44,911 bases of DNA, from assembly GCA_964444075.1 (NCBI GenBank), contig CAYUFF010000003.1, forward strand, positions 1 through 44,911, read 5' to 3'. The notes below the pieces were generated by a model. The model searched no databases, was not told the origin of the DNA, and saw only the letters and a list, made by a program, of their open reading frames with translations. This DNA is from an uncultured archaeon (GTDB taxonomy: Archaea; Aenigmatarchaeota; Aenigmatarchaeia; CG10238-14; SCSR01). Positions 1 to 9,246 of the stretch are shown here, in pieces. The translations under genes and the position numbers were made by a program. The stretch's first letter is position 1, and each line of letters starts with the position of its first letter.

Positions 1-16
1 AGCATGGGGTGGGCGG

Positions 17-244
17 GTGAGCTACATCCTGCTCTTCGACATCCCACGGAGCCAAAAATCGCTACAAGTGAAGGTGAACCGTACCCTCCACTTTCTCGGG
101 GCCAAAAAAATCCAGCATTCGGCGTGGGAATGCGAAGAACTGGAAGGGTTGAAAAAGCTCGCCAGGATGATCTTAGAGGAGGGTGGAAAGGTGATCTTAC
201 TGGAAAAGAAGGAAGTCGAGATTTCTCCAGCGCCGTCAACTTAA
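17..244 (+). CDS. Small Cas2/PaaX-like ferredoxin-fold protein (frame is open to the window edge, so it may start upstream)
   Basis: YILLFDIP...KVNRTL..LGAKKIQHSAW matches the Cas2-like pattern (hydrophobic strand-FDI, then G..xQxSxW). GTG start after a GGGTGG RBS-like motif. Confidence 0.6.
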   Translation: MSYILLFDIPRSQKSLQVKVNRTLHFLGAKKIQHSAWECEELEGLKKLARMILEEGGKVILLEKKEVEISPAPST

Positions 245-3200
245 GCTACAATCGCCGTTGGCGTAAACCCAGTATCCGCGACCCCTCTCCAAAAAGTTCG
301 TGGGTTCCCACTTTTTGGTTGAGGGGTTCCAGTAGAGCGCCAACCTACCGTTACGCGGCTCTAAGCTACAAGTTCCTAAGTGTGTAGAGATGTCGAACCC
401 TCCCCAGGTGGCGCCGATGAGGTTGTACCCTTTCTTCAGCGGTGGTATGTGTGTTATGTCTATCGTGCTACTGCCCTCAACCTTAATCCTACAAACTTTT
501 CCGTGGGGGTTGTGGTACCAGTATCCCCTTCCTCCCAGCAAACCCTTCCACGTGACTTTTTCCCACTTTTCTACGCTTCTGTTTAGGTAGTACAAAGTTT
601 CGTTCTCTATCCCGCAATCGTCGAACAGGATCGATTTTACTTTAACGTAGGGTATGGAGACCAAGTTCCAACCGGGGGTGAGGTTGAGCGTTATGTTCAT
701 TGAAGGTGTCGGAGGGAAGGTCAAGGGTAAGTAATCGGTGTTGTCTGTAGCGAGGTTATAGGGATTATCACAAAAGCCGTCTCGATCGCTATCGCTGCAA
801 GTTTCGGAGTAGCCAGTCCCGTCTGGCTTCGCCCAGAAGTTACCCCCTATTTCTCCGACCACCGGAGGATAGATCCTCGTTCCAAACTGTCGTGTTACAT
901 TCCAATGATTTTCGTAGGTTGTTCCGAAGTCAATGTTCTTCGAGTTGTTGAAGAGGTTGTTGTAGATCAGGTTGTTGCTCGCATAGTAGAGGTAGATCCC
1001 ACTCTTCAAGTTTCGAAACTTTGAGTTCCTTATAGTCGTGCTTTCAGTCCCTCCGGTCAGGATTAATCCATCGTTCCCACCCCCTTCCATATTCAAGTTG
1101 TCTATTAGAGAGTTGTCCGCGTTGCAGAGGATTATTTCCGAAACGTTGTTGTTCCAGTCTTTTATGGTCACCGAGTGGTTGTAGAAAACTATCGGTTTAT
1201 TGCTGGTACCGATAACATTTTCAAAAGCTGCCGAGCAGTAGGAAGGGAAAGAAGCTAGGTAGAGAACGTCATAGTAAGCGTTGTCGCTCGCGTTCACGTT
1301 CGTTAAGGTGTTGGAGTCGGAGTCGTAGAGGTAGATTCCATGGTTGTTGTTGGAGTAGGTGGTGATGTTACTCAAAGTGTTAGTGTGGGAGTTAGAAAGT
1401 CGGATCCCGTCCTCGTTGGAATAAGCGACGACATTCGTTAAAGTATTCGAGTTTGAATCGATGAGCCAAATTCCTTGAAGGGAATTGGAATAAGTAGTGA
1501 TGTTGGCCAAGGTACTGGAGGTAGACCTGCTGAAGAAAATCCCATAACCGTTGGAGTAGGTTACGATGTCGCTGAGGGTGTTGCTGCTAGAAGAGTCTAC
1601 GTAAACCCCGCTTCCCGAATTAGAATGCGTTACGACGTTAGAAAGCGTGTTATCGTTTGATGAAGAAATAATCGCCACTCCTATGCCATTAGAGTGAGCA
1701 AGGATGTTGGAAAGTATGTTGTTGTTCGACGAATCATCGATGTAAATTCCGCGAGAGTTGGAGTAGGCTGTGATGTTCGTTAGGGTGTTAGAGCTAGCGC
1801 CTCCCTTGAGGTAGATTCCTTTCTGGCCGTTTGAGTAAGTTGTTACGTTGAGGAGTGTATTGAAATGAGCTCCATTAATCGTGATACCACTCCAAGAGTT
1901 ATCATGCACCCTGCAGTTAGCGACAGTATTGTTGTTGGCACCAGTGTAAAAGTATATCCCATTCCCGCTGTGACTTACATCGCAATCAAGGATTCTGTTG
2001 TTGCTATTAGCCTGAAGGTAAATGCTCCATCCCCATAAAGAATTAGTTGCCCTGCAACCCTTTACCGTGTTGTTGTTCGCGTGAAAAAATATCCAGATGT
2101 TTATGCCGTTAGAATCTGCGCTGCAATTTATGATACGGTTGTGGGAAGAACTAATAAGGTAGATTCCTCCGAGGTTGTTTGAATAAGTTGTGATGTTTAT
2201 TAGGGTGTTAGAATCAGAACTTCCGAGAGCGATTCCATTGTTGCTGTTTGAATAAGTTGTGATGCTTATTAATACGTTGGAGTTGGAAGAGGAGAGCCAG
2301 ATTCCATCATCACCTGAATAAGCGGTTATATTTTCAAGGATGTTTCCGTTAGCATTGTAAAGGTAAATATTCGCTGAACTCCAGTCGCTTACCCTGCAGT
2401 TCTTTATGGTTACGTTCGTCGTTTGCTGGGAGGAGCGAGAGATATAGATTCCGTATTCCGCTGAATCGTCTCCGTCTATCAGATGATTCTCGCAGTCGAA
2501 AATCACGTTGTTTGCCTGAATGTCTATGCAGGGAGAGGTTGATGAATCCATTATGTCTGTCGTGAGTACGTACACCCCTTCTTCGTCCAAAGTTTCGCAA
2601 GACGAGACCGGCCTTTCCTCGGCGCTGACGCTCACGCTCGGTTCTGGGTAAGTATATTTCCTAACCCTTATCCAATCGACCCAATGCCCGCTGTCAGGGG
2701 AGCTGCAACCACCACCTTCGCAGTCTGAACAACCAGCTCCAGCGCCCAGCATTAAGTAACCGTTGCCGTTGGGGTTCCAAACGCTCGTCTGGAGTGTGGC
2801 ACGTTTCAGCCCATTGGTCGGGTTCAGGTCTTGGTACTCCACGACTATATGCGAGCCGTTGAGTTTCGCGGATATTATTCCCTCGTTCAAGTCGTACCTC
2901 TTATCCCATCCAGAACCCCAGTAAGACACTATACCTTCTCTGGAGCAGGAAGTCGTATCGCTGTCTATTCCGATTCCATTGTTACTGCTTGTGGTGCTGG
3001 CGTCGTCGAAGATTTCCACCACGATGCCCTGAGAAGTCGAACCGAAACCCTTCTCGCAGGCCCATCCCGCAGAGTTATCTTTACCGTCGATTACCAAGGC
3101 TATTCCGTCTCCGTCGTTGCAGGTTCCGCAGCGATAGTTGATGGAAAACTTGAACTCTACGGCATACTCGCTGTCGTAGTTTACGTTAAAATTTTTAGCC

Positions 3201-3808
3201 TTGATGTTGCAACCCTTCCACAGGCTCTGCCTGACCAGTTTTAAGTAACCACCCTCCGCTACGCATTCTACGGAAGCGTCTCCGTCCTTCCTAGAGACTT
3301 CCCATTTATCGGTGTCTAGACTCTCAAAGTCGTCGTACAACTCGAACACACCTTCTGCGTCACTCTGGCTTACGGCCCCAGGATTCCCATAGTATACATA
3401 AATCTTTTTCTCGGAACCCGCCGGGATTCGCGGAACTTTTACCCAGACTTTAGTGTCAGTGGAGTCGCAAGGCCCTTCCAACCAGTAGTTCAGTTGGGTC
3501 ACACCGTCGGAATCGGTAAACCTGATATCGTCGCAGTCATCCTGCATTTTTCCCTCATCGATCAGGGAGGCCGTGTCCAAAACTACCAACACTTGGTAAT
3601 CGGTCAAGGTACTCCGAGAGTTCTCGTGAATGGTTATCGCCCTGCGGTATTGCCACTCTGAACCCATCCAGGCCGCTTCTACGAGACTGCTCCACGAAAG
3701 GCTCAACGCTATCGCCGCCCATACCAAAACGGAAAAACCTTTCGACCTTCCGACCTTCGCCAACGTGCTGACCACCTCACGTAACGGAGGAAACCCGTAA
3801 TTTAACAA
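236..3808 (-). CDS. Large secreted/surface protein: signal peptide, DUF2341 domain, lectin-like region, NosD/CASH parallel beta-helix repeats, C-terminal GWNL repeat domain
   Basis: Hydrophobic leader ending VEA, then WQYRRAITI...DIRFTDSDG..LNYWLE..VWVKVP..IYVYYGN (DUF2341), many GIxLxxSxxNTLxNIT repeats, GGNFW..D..PL motif, and LTPGWNLVSIP/LKKGYNLIG repeats. The true start may be slightly downstream. Confidence 0.85.
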   Translation of the reverse strand: MLNYGFPPLREVVSTLAKVGRSKGFSVLVWAAIALSLSWSSLVEAAWMGSEWQYRRAITIHENSRSTLTDYQVLVVLDTASLIDEGKMQDDCDDIRFTDSDGVTQLNYWLEGPCDSTDTKVWVKVPRIPAGSEKKIYVYYGNPGAVSQSDAEGVFELYDDFESLDTDKWEVSRKDGDASVECVAEGGYLKLVRQSLWKGCNIKAKNFNVNYDSEYAVEFKFSINYRCGTCNDGDGIALVIDGKDNSAGWACEKGFGSTSQGIVVEIFDDASTTSSNNGIGIDSDTTSCSREGIVSYWGSGWDKRYDLNEGIISAKLNGSHIVVEYQDLNPTNGLKRATLQTSVWNPNGNGYLMLGAGAGCSDCEGGGCSSPDSGHWVDWIRVRKYTYPEPSVSVSAEERPVSSCETLDEEGVYVLTTDIMDSSTSPCIDIQANNVIFDCENHLIDGDDSAEYGIYISRSSQQTTNVTIKNCRVSDWSSANIYLYNANGNILENITAYSGDDGIWLSSSNSNVLISITTYSNSNNGIALGSSDSNTLINITTYSNNLGGIYLISSSHNRIINCSADSNGINIWIFFHANNNTVKGCRATNSLWGWSIYLQANSNNRILDCDVSHSGNGIYFYTGANNNTVANCRVHDNSWSGITINGAHFNTLLNVTTYSNGQKGIYLKGGASSNTLTNITAYSNSRGIYIDDSSNNNILSNILAHSNGIGVAIISSSNDNTLSNVVTHSNSGSGVYVDSSSSNTLSDIVTYSNGYGIFFSRSTSSTLANITTYSNSLQGIWLIDSNSNTLTNVVAYSNEDGIRLSNSHTNTLSNITTYSNNNHGIYLYDSDSNTLTNVNASDNAYYDVLYLASFPSYCSAAFENVIGTSNKPIVFYNHSVTIKDWNNNVSEIILCNADNSLIDNLNMEGGGNDGLILTGGTESTTIRNSKFRNLKSGIYLYYASNNLIYNNLFNNSKNIDFGTTYENHWNVTRQFGTRIYPPVVGEIGGNFWAKPDGTGYSETCSDSDRDGFCDNPYNLATDNTDYLPLTFPPTPSMNITLNLTPGWNLVSIPYVKVKSILFDDCGIENETLYYLNRSVEKWEKVTWKGLLGGRGYWYHNPHGKVCRIKVEGSSTIDITHIPPLKKGYNLIGATWGGFDISTHLGTCSLEPRNGRLALYWNPSTKKWEPTNFLERGRGYWVYANGDCSLS
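2176..2264. repeat. Exact 20-bp direct repeat (TGTTTGAATAAGTTGTGATG) at 69-bp spacing inside the beta-helix coding region
   Basis: Copies start at 2176 and 2245; 69 bp equals one 23-aa beta-helix rung. Confidence 0.8.
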
Positions 3809-3840
3809 TCGTGTGGCACCGATAAAAAACTTCAGGCTCC

Positions 3841-4749
3841 CTACCTTATCCCTATCCTGCTCACAAACTCCTCCAGAGTCTTAAGGATGCCTCCCCACCC
3901 TTTCCTCATCTCAAGCTGGTGTTTTATATACTCACTGTAGATAGCAGCAATGTTTGTCCCAGAAACCTCCTGATACATCCTCAAGTTGGGGTTCAGGCTC
4001 ATATCTATGATGAACTGGTTCTTCCCGTCGTCGATCAAATCTATCTCGCAGCACGGTGCTCCTAGGGCCTGGGAAACCCTCACCAACCTTTCGTTTATGT
4101 TTTTACCCAGCTTGACGAACTCCCTCCTTCCCTCGTTACTCCTCGCTTCCCCTTCGCGGGGATATTCTTTAAAAGCGTAAACCTCGCTACCCACCACCAG
4201 AGTTTTTATCACTTGACCCTTGACGAAATTTTGCAAGCAAAAGGGCTTAGCAAGACCTTCGAAAATATCCAAGAACTCGCTCGTGCTGGACTTGCTTTCG
4301 AGTATGGTAACCCCCCTTCCTCCGTGCTTCAGAAACTTTATCACAACTTTCTCGAATTCGGAAGCAAGCTTTTTGGCCGTCGAAGGCGAGATGGAAAAGT
4401 AGCTCTTGGGTTGCTTCACGTTGAACCTACAGAGCTCTTTAATTAACAGGCACCTGTTGCTGCAAGCTAAAATGGCTCTCGACGACGGCATCACGAGCGC
4501 ACCCTTCTCTTCGAGCGTGCTGGCTATTATGTAAGTGAAGGGGAAGTCCTCGACCCTCGGTCGTATAACGCAAACCTCGCAAGCTAGCGGAGTGTTCCTG
4601 TAAAGTATCTCAACGGTTCTTTCCGCGCTTACCGCTAGCTTTGAAATGTCTACGAGGAAGACGCTCCCGATCCTCTTTTCACACTCGTTGTAAACGTCCA
4701 CCGAATTCTGGTCTTCGTATCCTATGATGCAAACCTCCACCGGCTTCAC
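3841..4749 (-). CDS. RimK-like ATP-grasp domain protein (divergent)
   Basis: RimK-type layout: KFLKHGGRGV, LQNFV, ARSNEG, EIDL...NP. Confidence 0.75.
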   Translation of the reverse strand: MKPVEVCIIGYEDQNSVDVYNECEKRIGSVFLVDISKLAVSAERTVEILYRNTPLACEVCVIRPRVEDFPFTYIIASTLEEKGALVMPSSRAILACSNRCLLIKELCRFNVKQPKSYFSISPSTAKKLASEFEKVVIKFLKHGGRGVTILESKSSTSEFLDIFEGLAKPFCLQNFVKGQVIKTLVVGSEVYAFKEYPREGEARSNEGRREFVKLGKNINERLVRVSQALGAPCCEIDLIDDGKNQFIIDMSLNPNLRMYQEVSGTNIAAIYSEYIKHQLEMRKGWGGILKTLEEFVSRIGIR

Positions 4750-4811
4750 ATCAAAAGATTCGAGGCCAAACTTAAATTTTTTGGTAGGCGTCGGGAATTT
4801 TTAGTTAGACC

Positions 4812-6020
4812 ATGCCAAGGGAGTTCAAGCTGGGCTTCAGAATTTCCAGAGAGCTGGGAAAACTTCCGGCTTCGGTAAAGCTCCTGAGCATCGTGGTATT
4901 CGTGTACTACCTAGGGTGGGGGATTTCGTACCCTTTCCTTCCCATCTACTTCAGGCAAATCCTGGGTAGCTACTCCGCCGTAGGCTTCGTCGTCGGTCTC
5001 CCCTTCCTCCTCTCCGTCGCCTGGAGCATCCTAGTGGGGAGCTTGCTGGATAGGGTGTCGAGGAGGGGGCTGCTTTCTATCAGCCTGCTGCTTTACCTTC
5101 CGCTCAGCCCTTGGCTCCTGAAGTTGAGGAACCTGTTCGACTTCGTCGTCTTCAGGCTCTACCATTCCGTCGTAAGGTCTTGCCTCTGGACCTCGGTAAG
5201 GGCCTACTTGAGGGCACACTCTCCCAGAGGTAGGACGAGCGAAGCCTTCGGACTCTGCGACGCCTGCTATTCCCTCTCGCTCGTCGTCGGCCCTCTGCTG
5301 GGCGGCGCGCTCCTCGAAAGGGTCGGTTTCCTAGCGTTCCTCTCGATATCGCTGTTCGCGTTCCTAGCCTTTTTTCTTTCTCTCTTCCTGAAGGGAAAGA
5401 GGTCCAGGTGGAAAGTTTTCCGCTTGGGAAGCGTCGTAAAGGTTAAGGAACTGTTCGCTAAAGCTTTTCACGACATTAGAGAGCTCGAGAGTTGCAACAC
5501 CCTGCTCCCGCTAACCTTCTTCACTTATTTCTCGGCCTCATTCTTAGGGATGGTCCTCTCGCTCCTACTGAAGGAGCTCGGAACGAGCTTTTTCGTGATA
5601 GGGTTAATCTCTTCGGCGTTTTACTTGCCCGGCGTTTTCGAGATGTACTTCTCGGTCCTCGCCGATAAGGTCGGAAAGAGGCTCACGATGGTGAAGGGTT
5701 TCTCTTTCGTCACGCTCTTCTTCTTCCTGCTTTTCTTCTTCTCCTCAGGTCCCTTCGAAATCTTTCTCCTGAGCTTCTTCCTCTCGCTTTCTTTCTCGGC
5801 CGTCATCCCCTCCTTGGAAGGGAGGCTTACAGAAATCATGCCCAGACGAGAGGTCGGAGAAGCTACCGGGGTCTTCGAGGCTGCACGCTCTCTCGCCTAC
5901 GGCACGGGGCCATGGGTTGCTGGTATCGTGAGCGACGCTTTTGGGCTTAAGTACTCTTTCTTGCTGGGTGGGTTCGTATCGCTATTCATGCTTTTGCTCC
6001 TGCTTTCGAGAGAGGTTTAG
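4812..6020 (+). CDS. MFS transporter
   Basis: About 12 hydrophobic segments; motif A twice (GSLLDRVSRR, SVLADKVGKR); GPLLGG. Confidence 0.92.
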   Translation: MPREFKLGFRISRELGKLPASVKLLSIVVFVYYLGWGISYPFLPIYFRQILGSYSAVGFVVGLPFLLSVAWSILVGSLLDRVSRRGLLSISLLLYLPLSPWLLKLRNLFDFVVFRLYHSVVRSCLWTSVRAYLRAHSPRGRTSEAFGLCDACYSLSLVVGPLLGGALLERVGFLAFLSISLFAFLAFFLSLFLKGKRSRWKVFRLGSVVKVKELFAKAFHDIRELESCNTLLPLTFFTYFSASFLGMVLSLLLKELGTSFFVIGLISSAFYLPGVFEMYFSVLADKVGKRLTMVKGFSFVTLFFFLLFFFSSGPFEIFLLSFFLSLSFSAVIPSLEGRLTEIMPRREVGEATGVFEAARSLAYGTGPWVAGIVSDAFGLKYSFLLGGFVSLFMLLLLLSREV

Positions 6021-7950
6021 CCCTCCTAACCTTCTTTATTTTAACCCCGACGATTTTGTAGTTCGGCGTGAACGTTTCCTCGTCGAACTGCAACGGAAAA
6101 AGTTTGTTGGGCAGCGCTTTGGAGAAGAGATGCATTCCCACAACCCCTTTTGGAATTCTCTTGTCGGTCTTAACCCTTGCCCTTATCTTAGAGACGGGAG
6201 AGATTATCTCGACTACGTCACCATCCATTACTCTCAGAACCTTCGCGTCCCTCTCGTTAAGGTAGCAGCCGTCGAAGCTCAACTTCCTCAGCCTTTCGGA
6301 TTTTTCGGTCATTTCTCCGGTCAAAAACTGGTAGGGAGACCTGAAGGTCGTGAAGACGAACGGATACTCCTTGCTAACCATCTCCTCCACACCCTCGAAT
6401 TCCTCCGGAACGAACCTCTTGAACTTTATCTCCTTATCGGCCCATCCGTCGTTCCCTCTGTAAACGAACTCCGGGTCGACATCCCTGTAGTCGGGGATTA
6501 TTTCCACTATTTCCCTGAAAATCTCTAGCTCGCACGAGTAGCCGAAGTACCTTCCCTTCCCGAAAAGATTGCTCAAGGCCTTGAAGATTTTCCACTCGGG
6601 CCTTCCGATTGGTCTCAGCACCGGATTAACGAGCCTTACCCTCCTTTCACAGTTAGTAATCGTTCCCCTCCTTTCCAGCAGAATCGGAGTCGGCAGTATA
6701 ACGTCAGCGAACTTGGAGGTGAGGTTGAAGTAGCTTTCCATCTGGATGAGGAAGATTTTCCTCAGGTTTTTGTGAACCCGAGTGAGGTCTGGTAGCGATT
6801 GTGCCGGATTGAAGCTAGAGAGGAAAGCTGCCTTCACAGGAGAAATTAAGAAGGCTTCGAGGATGTTCCTACCCTTGGTTAGCGGAACCTTCCTTCCCCA
6901 GAGCTTCTTAAGCTTCTCTACGTTAACCATCGCTCCCAGAGGCAATGCTTCAGGGCTGCCACCCATGTCGCCAGCTCCCTGCACGTTGACCTGACCTCTC
7001 CAAGAAAGCAGCTTCCCGCCCTTGAGGAGCACCAGGTTGAGCAACGAGTGCACGTTCTCTATCGCGTTCACGTGCTGCGTTAATCCCATCCCGTGAGTAG
7101 CGGCGAAGGCTTCGCTCTCGGCTATGGATTCGGCGATCCTCAAGAATTCCCTTTTCCTCAGCCTGCACAGCTTACAGACAACCTCAGGCTCGTACTTCTC
7201 AACGATTCTTTTAAGAATGCCGAAACCCTCTATTCTTTCGGCAGTTTTATCGTAGCTTTTCGTAGAGATCAGGTAGTTCATCATTCCGTTGAGGAGGGCT
7301 GTTTCCGTGCCTGGGTAGATTGTTACAGCAACGTCGGCCCGCTGAGAAGTTATGCTCACGATCGCTTGGACGGAGAGTATCTTGAGACCCTTTTTCTTCA
7401 TCTCCATAACCCTTTGGAAGAACGCAGGGTAGTTGCTCGCTGGATTTGAACCGATGATTAAGAGGCAATCCCTGTCGAAAATATCGTCGAGCCTCCACGG
7501 CGCTGCACCTATGCCTAACACATTTCTCATACCCTCGACCGTAGCTTTATGGCACAGCCTCGTGCAGCAGGAATCGACGTTGTTGGTGAAAAAAACTATC
7601 CTCGCGAACTTTTGCATCACGTAGTTGTCCTCGTTGGTAACCTTTCCCGAGGGAACGAAGATCACTTCTTCGGGAGAAAGATTCTTGGTTTTTTTGTAGA
7701 TGAACTCGAGAGCCTTTTCCCAAGTTACGGGCTTCAGCTTAGAGTTCTTGCTTTTCCTTACTAACGGCTGGGTTATCCTACCTTCCCTCGTTACTTCGTG
7801 AAGGGTCAGCCCTTTTATGCAAGGCTTTCCCCTGCTAATCTCATCGTCCTTACAAGGCAGTACTTTAACAAGAACGTTGTCTTCTACGACGAACCTTAGC
7901 TTGCAACCGCAACCGCAATACGGGCAAACGCTCACGATTTCCTCTTCCAT
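5986..7950 (-). CDS. Formate dehydrogenase alpha-subunit-like (FdhF/FdhA family) Mo/W-bisPGD oxidoreductase
   Basis: CPYCGCGC...KPCIKG 4Fe-4S motif, NNVDSCCTRLCH active-site segment (Cys, not Sec), GLTQH, RGQVNVQG, GTITNCERR, C-terminal molybdopterin dinucleotide-binding domain. Confidence 0.88.
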   Translation of the reverse strand: MEEEIVSVCPYCGCGCKLRFVVEDNVLVKVLPCKDDEISRGKPCIKGLTLHEVTREGRITQPLVRKSKNSKLKPVTWEKALEFIYKKTKNLSPEEVIFVPSGKVTNEDNYVMQKFARIVFFTNNVDSCCTRLCHKATVEGMRNVLGIGAAPWRLDDIFDRDCLLIIGSNPASNYPAFFQRVMEMKKKGLKILSVQAIVSITSQRADVAVTIYPGTETALLNGMMNYLISTKSYDKTAERIEGFGILKRIVEKYEPEVVCKLCRLRKREFLRIAESIAESEAFAATHGMGLTQHVNAIENVHSLLNLVLLKGGKLLSWRGQVNVQGAGDMGGSPEALPLGAMVNVEKLKKLWGRKVPLTKGRNILEAFLISPVKAAFLSSFNPAQSLPDLTRVHKNLRKIFLIQMESYFNLTSKFADVILPTPILLERRGTITNCERRVRLVNPVLRPIGRPEWKIFKALSNLFGKGRYFGYSCELEIFREIVEIIPDYRDVDPEFVYRGNDGWADKEIKFKRFVPEEFEGVEEMVSKEYPFVFTTFRSPYQFLTGEMTEKSERLRKLSFDGCYLNERDAKVLRVMDGDVVEIISPVSKIRARVKTDKRIPKGVVGMHLFSKALPNKLFPLQFDEETFTPNYKIVGVKIKKVRRAKPLSKAGAKA

Positions 7951-8000
7951 GCTTTAATTTAACTTTTCTTTCCGTCGATAAAACTCTTTTCGCGAATTTC

Positions 8001-8189
8001 TCACTTGGGAAGCACTCCCACCCTTTCTAACAAGAACCAGACTGCAAGAATAAGTAATATAACAGCAGCGATGAAAACACCTACCTCTATTCCTTTACAT
8101 GCGTTGGAAAGGTAGCAGGAGAGGAGCTTGTAACCTAGATATATGCTTAAAACATCTCTCACAAGACCCCTCACGCCCATAACATTCAA
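8001..8189 (-). CDS. Small two-TM membrane protein, hypothetical
   Basis: Two hydrophobic segments; fills the gap between same-strand genes. Confidence 0.6.
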   Translation of the reverse strand: MNVMGVRGLVRDVLSIYLGYKLLSCYLSNACKGIEVGVFIAAVILLILAVWFLLERVGVLPK

Positions 8190-8210
8190 GTCTTCTTTAC
8201 TTAAAACCAG

Positions 8211-8227
8211 TAAAAAATAAAAAATTA
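8211..8227 (-). terminator. T-rich archaeal terminator-like tract downstream of the pilin gene
   Basis: Minus strand reads TAATTTTTTATTTTTTA about 40 bp after the pilin stop. Confidence 0.4.
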
Positions 8228-8267
8228 AGAACTCCTACATCCAGCACAAGTGGGATGTTATGATGAT

Positions 8268-8663
8268 TTATCCTGCACACATGACTTCTGCGGTTGCGTG
8301 TGCGCCCGTTGTAGAAATCCTTATCCTGTACATACCTGGCTCGGGATCTGCTCTAGTGCAGGTTATGGTTACTTCTTGTCCAGGAGCAATTCCTGCATTA
8401 GGAGCACAGTTTACGGCACCTGTATCTGCAGCCGGCTTAGAAAGCACAGTAAAAGTTAACGTATCGCTAGTCTTAGTTCCGTCGTTTCTAACCCAAATTC
8501 TTATAGCACCGCCTGTCTCACAATCCTGATCAGTAATGGTAAGAATTACCGCTGTCTTTCCTCTGAGCCAACCACTCATGAAACTCCAAGCCGCCATTCC
8601 TAGACCGATCGTAAGTACTACCATCAGCATTACCGCGATTATCGTGGAGATTCCCTTTCGCAT
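8268..8663 (-). CDS. Archaeal type IV pilin / archaellin-like protein with class III signal peptide
   Basis: MRKG|ISTIIAVMLMVVLTIGLG prepilin cleavage motif; IWVRNDG; AGGTGGA RBS upstream. Confidence 0.88.
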   Translation of the reverse strand: MRKGISTIIAVMLMVVLTIGLGMAAWSFMSGWLRGKTAVILTITDQDCETGGAIRIWVRNDGTKTSDTLTFTVLSKPAADTGAVNCAPNAGIAPGQEVTITCTRADPEPGMYRIRISTTGAHATAEVMCAG

Positions 8664-8764
8664 GTCATTCCACCTTATATAAAAAATTATTAAGCACCCT
8701 TAAAAAGATTACTCAGCTTTTTGGGTTCGCTTCGTTCCTTTGGAACTCGGTGGGTACCGGAGGA

Positions 8765-9214
8765 TTACACGTCTAACACCACCGTGGCCTCCCACAAACC
8801 ATCCTTCTCCTTAACCTCCATCTTATGGTAAGTCGCCGCCTTCACGTGAACCTTGAATTCGTGCTTTTCCGGGTTTATTTCTTCCCCGTAGCACGTAGCT
8901 TTCAACTCCCACTTCCCTCCCTCATTCTTAACGTTTACCGCAAAATCGGAAAACACGAGGCCCTCGCTATCCACGTACAAGAGAAGCTCGTTCAGCCAGT
9001 TGAACATGAGGGATTCGAGGTCGTCGCCGTCGACTTCTACATCGATAACTCTATCCCTCCCTACCTTCGAGATGTCGGTCATGGTTTCGAACATCGCCAA
9101 CGCAGCATTCTTGAACAACTCTCCCAAGCTTTTTCCCCTGGCGACGAAAGCGACGTCGGCGGGCGTTATGTCGAGGAACTGGTACCCCTTTTCCATAACC
9201 TTAAGTTTTTCCAC
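8765..9214 (-). CDS. Archease (RtcB tRNA-ligase cofactor)
   Basis: ITPADV, ELFKNAALAMF, WLNELL, VKAATYH, terminal VLDV. Confidence 0.95.
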   Translation of the reverse strand: MEKLKVMEKGYQFLDITPADVAFVARGKSLGELFKNAALAMFETMTDISKVGRDRVIDVEVDGDDLESLMFNWLNELLLYVDSEGLVFSDFAVNVKNEGGKWELKATCYGEEINPEKHEFKVHVKAATYHKMEVKEKDGLWEATVVLDV

Positions 9215-9246
9215 AAGCTTTTTTAAGTTATTCCGAGCCCGCGGGC

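Noticed and set aside
236-3808. Diversity-generating retroelement target
   Set aside because: No reverse transcriptase and no adenine-variable TR/VR pair seen in the window.
5986-7950. Selenocysteine in the Fdh-like protein
   Set aside because: The active-site position is a Cys codon and there is no in-frame TGA.
8765-8778. ACGTCTAACA half-site at the archease 3' end
   Set aside because: It encodes the conserved VLDV terminus, so it is explained by coding constraint.
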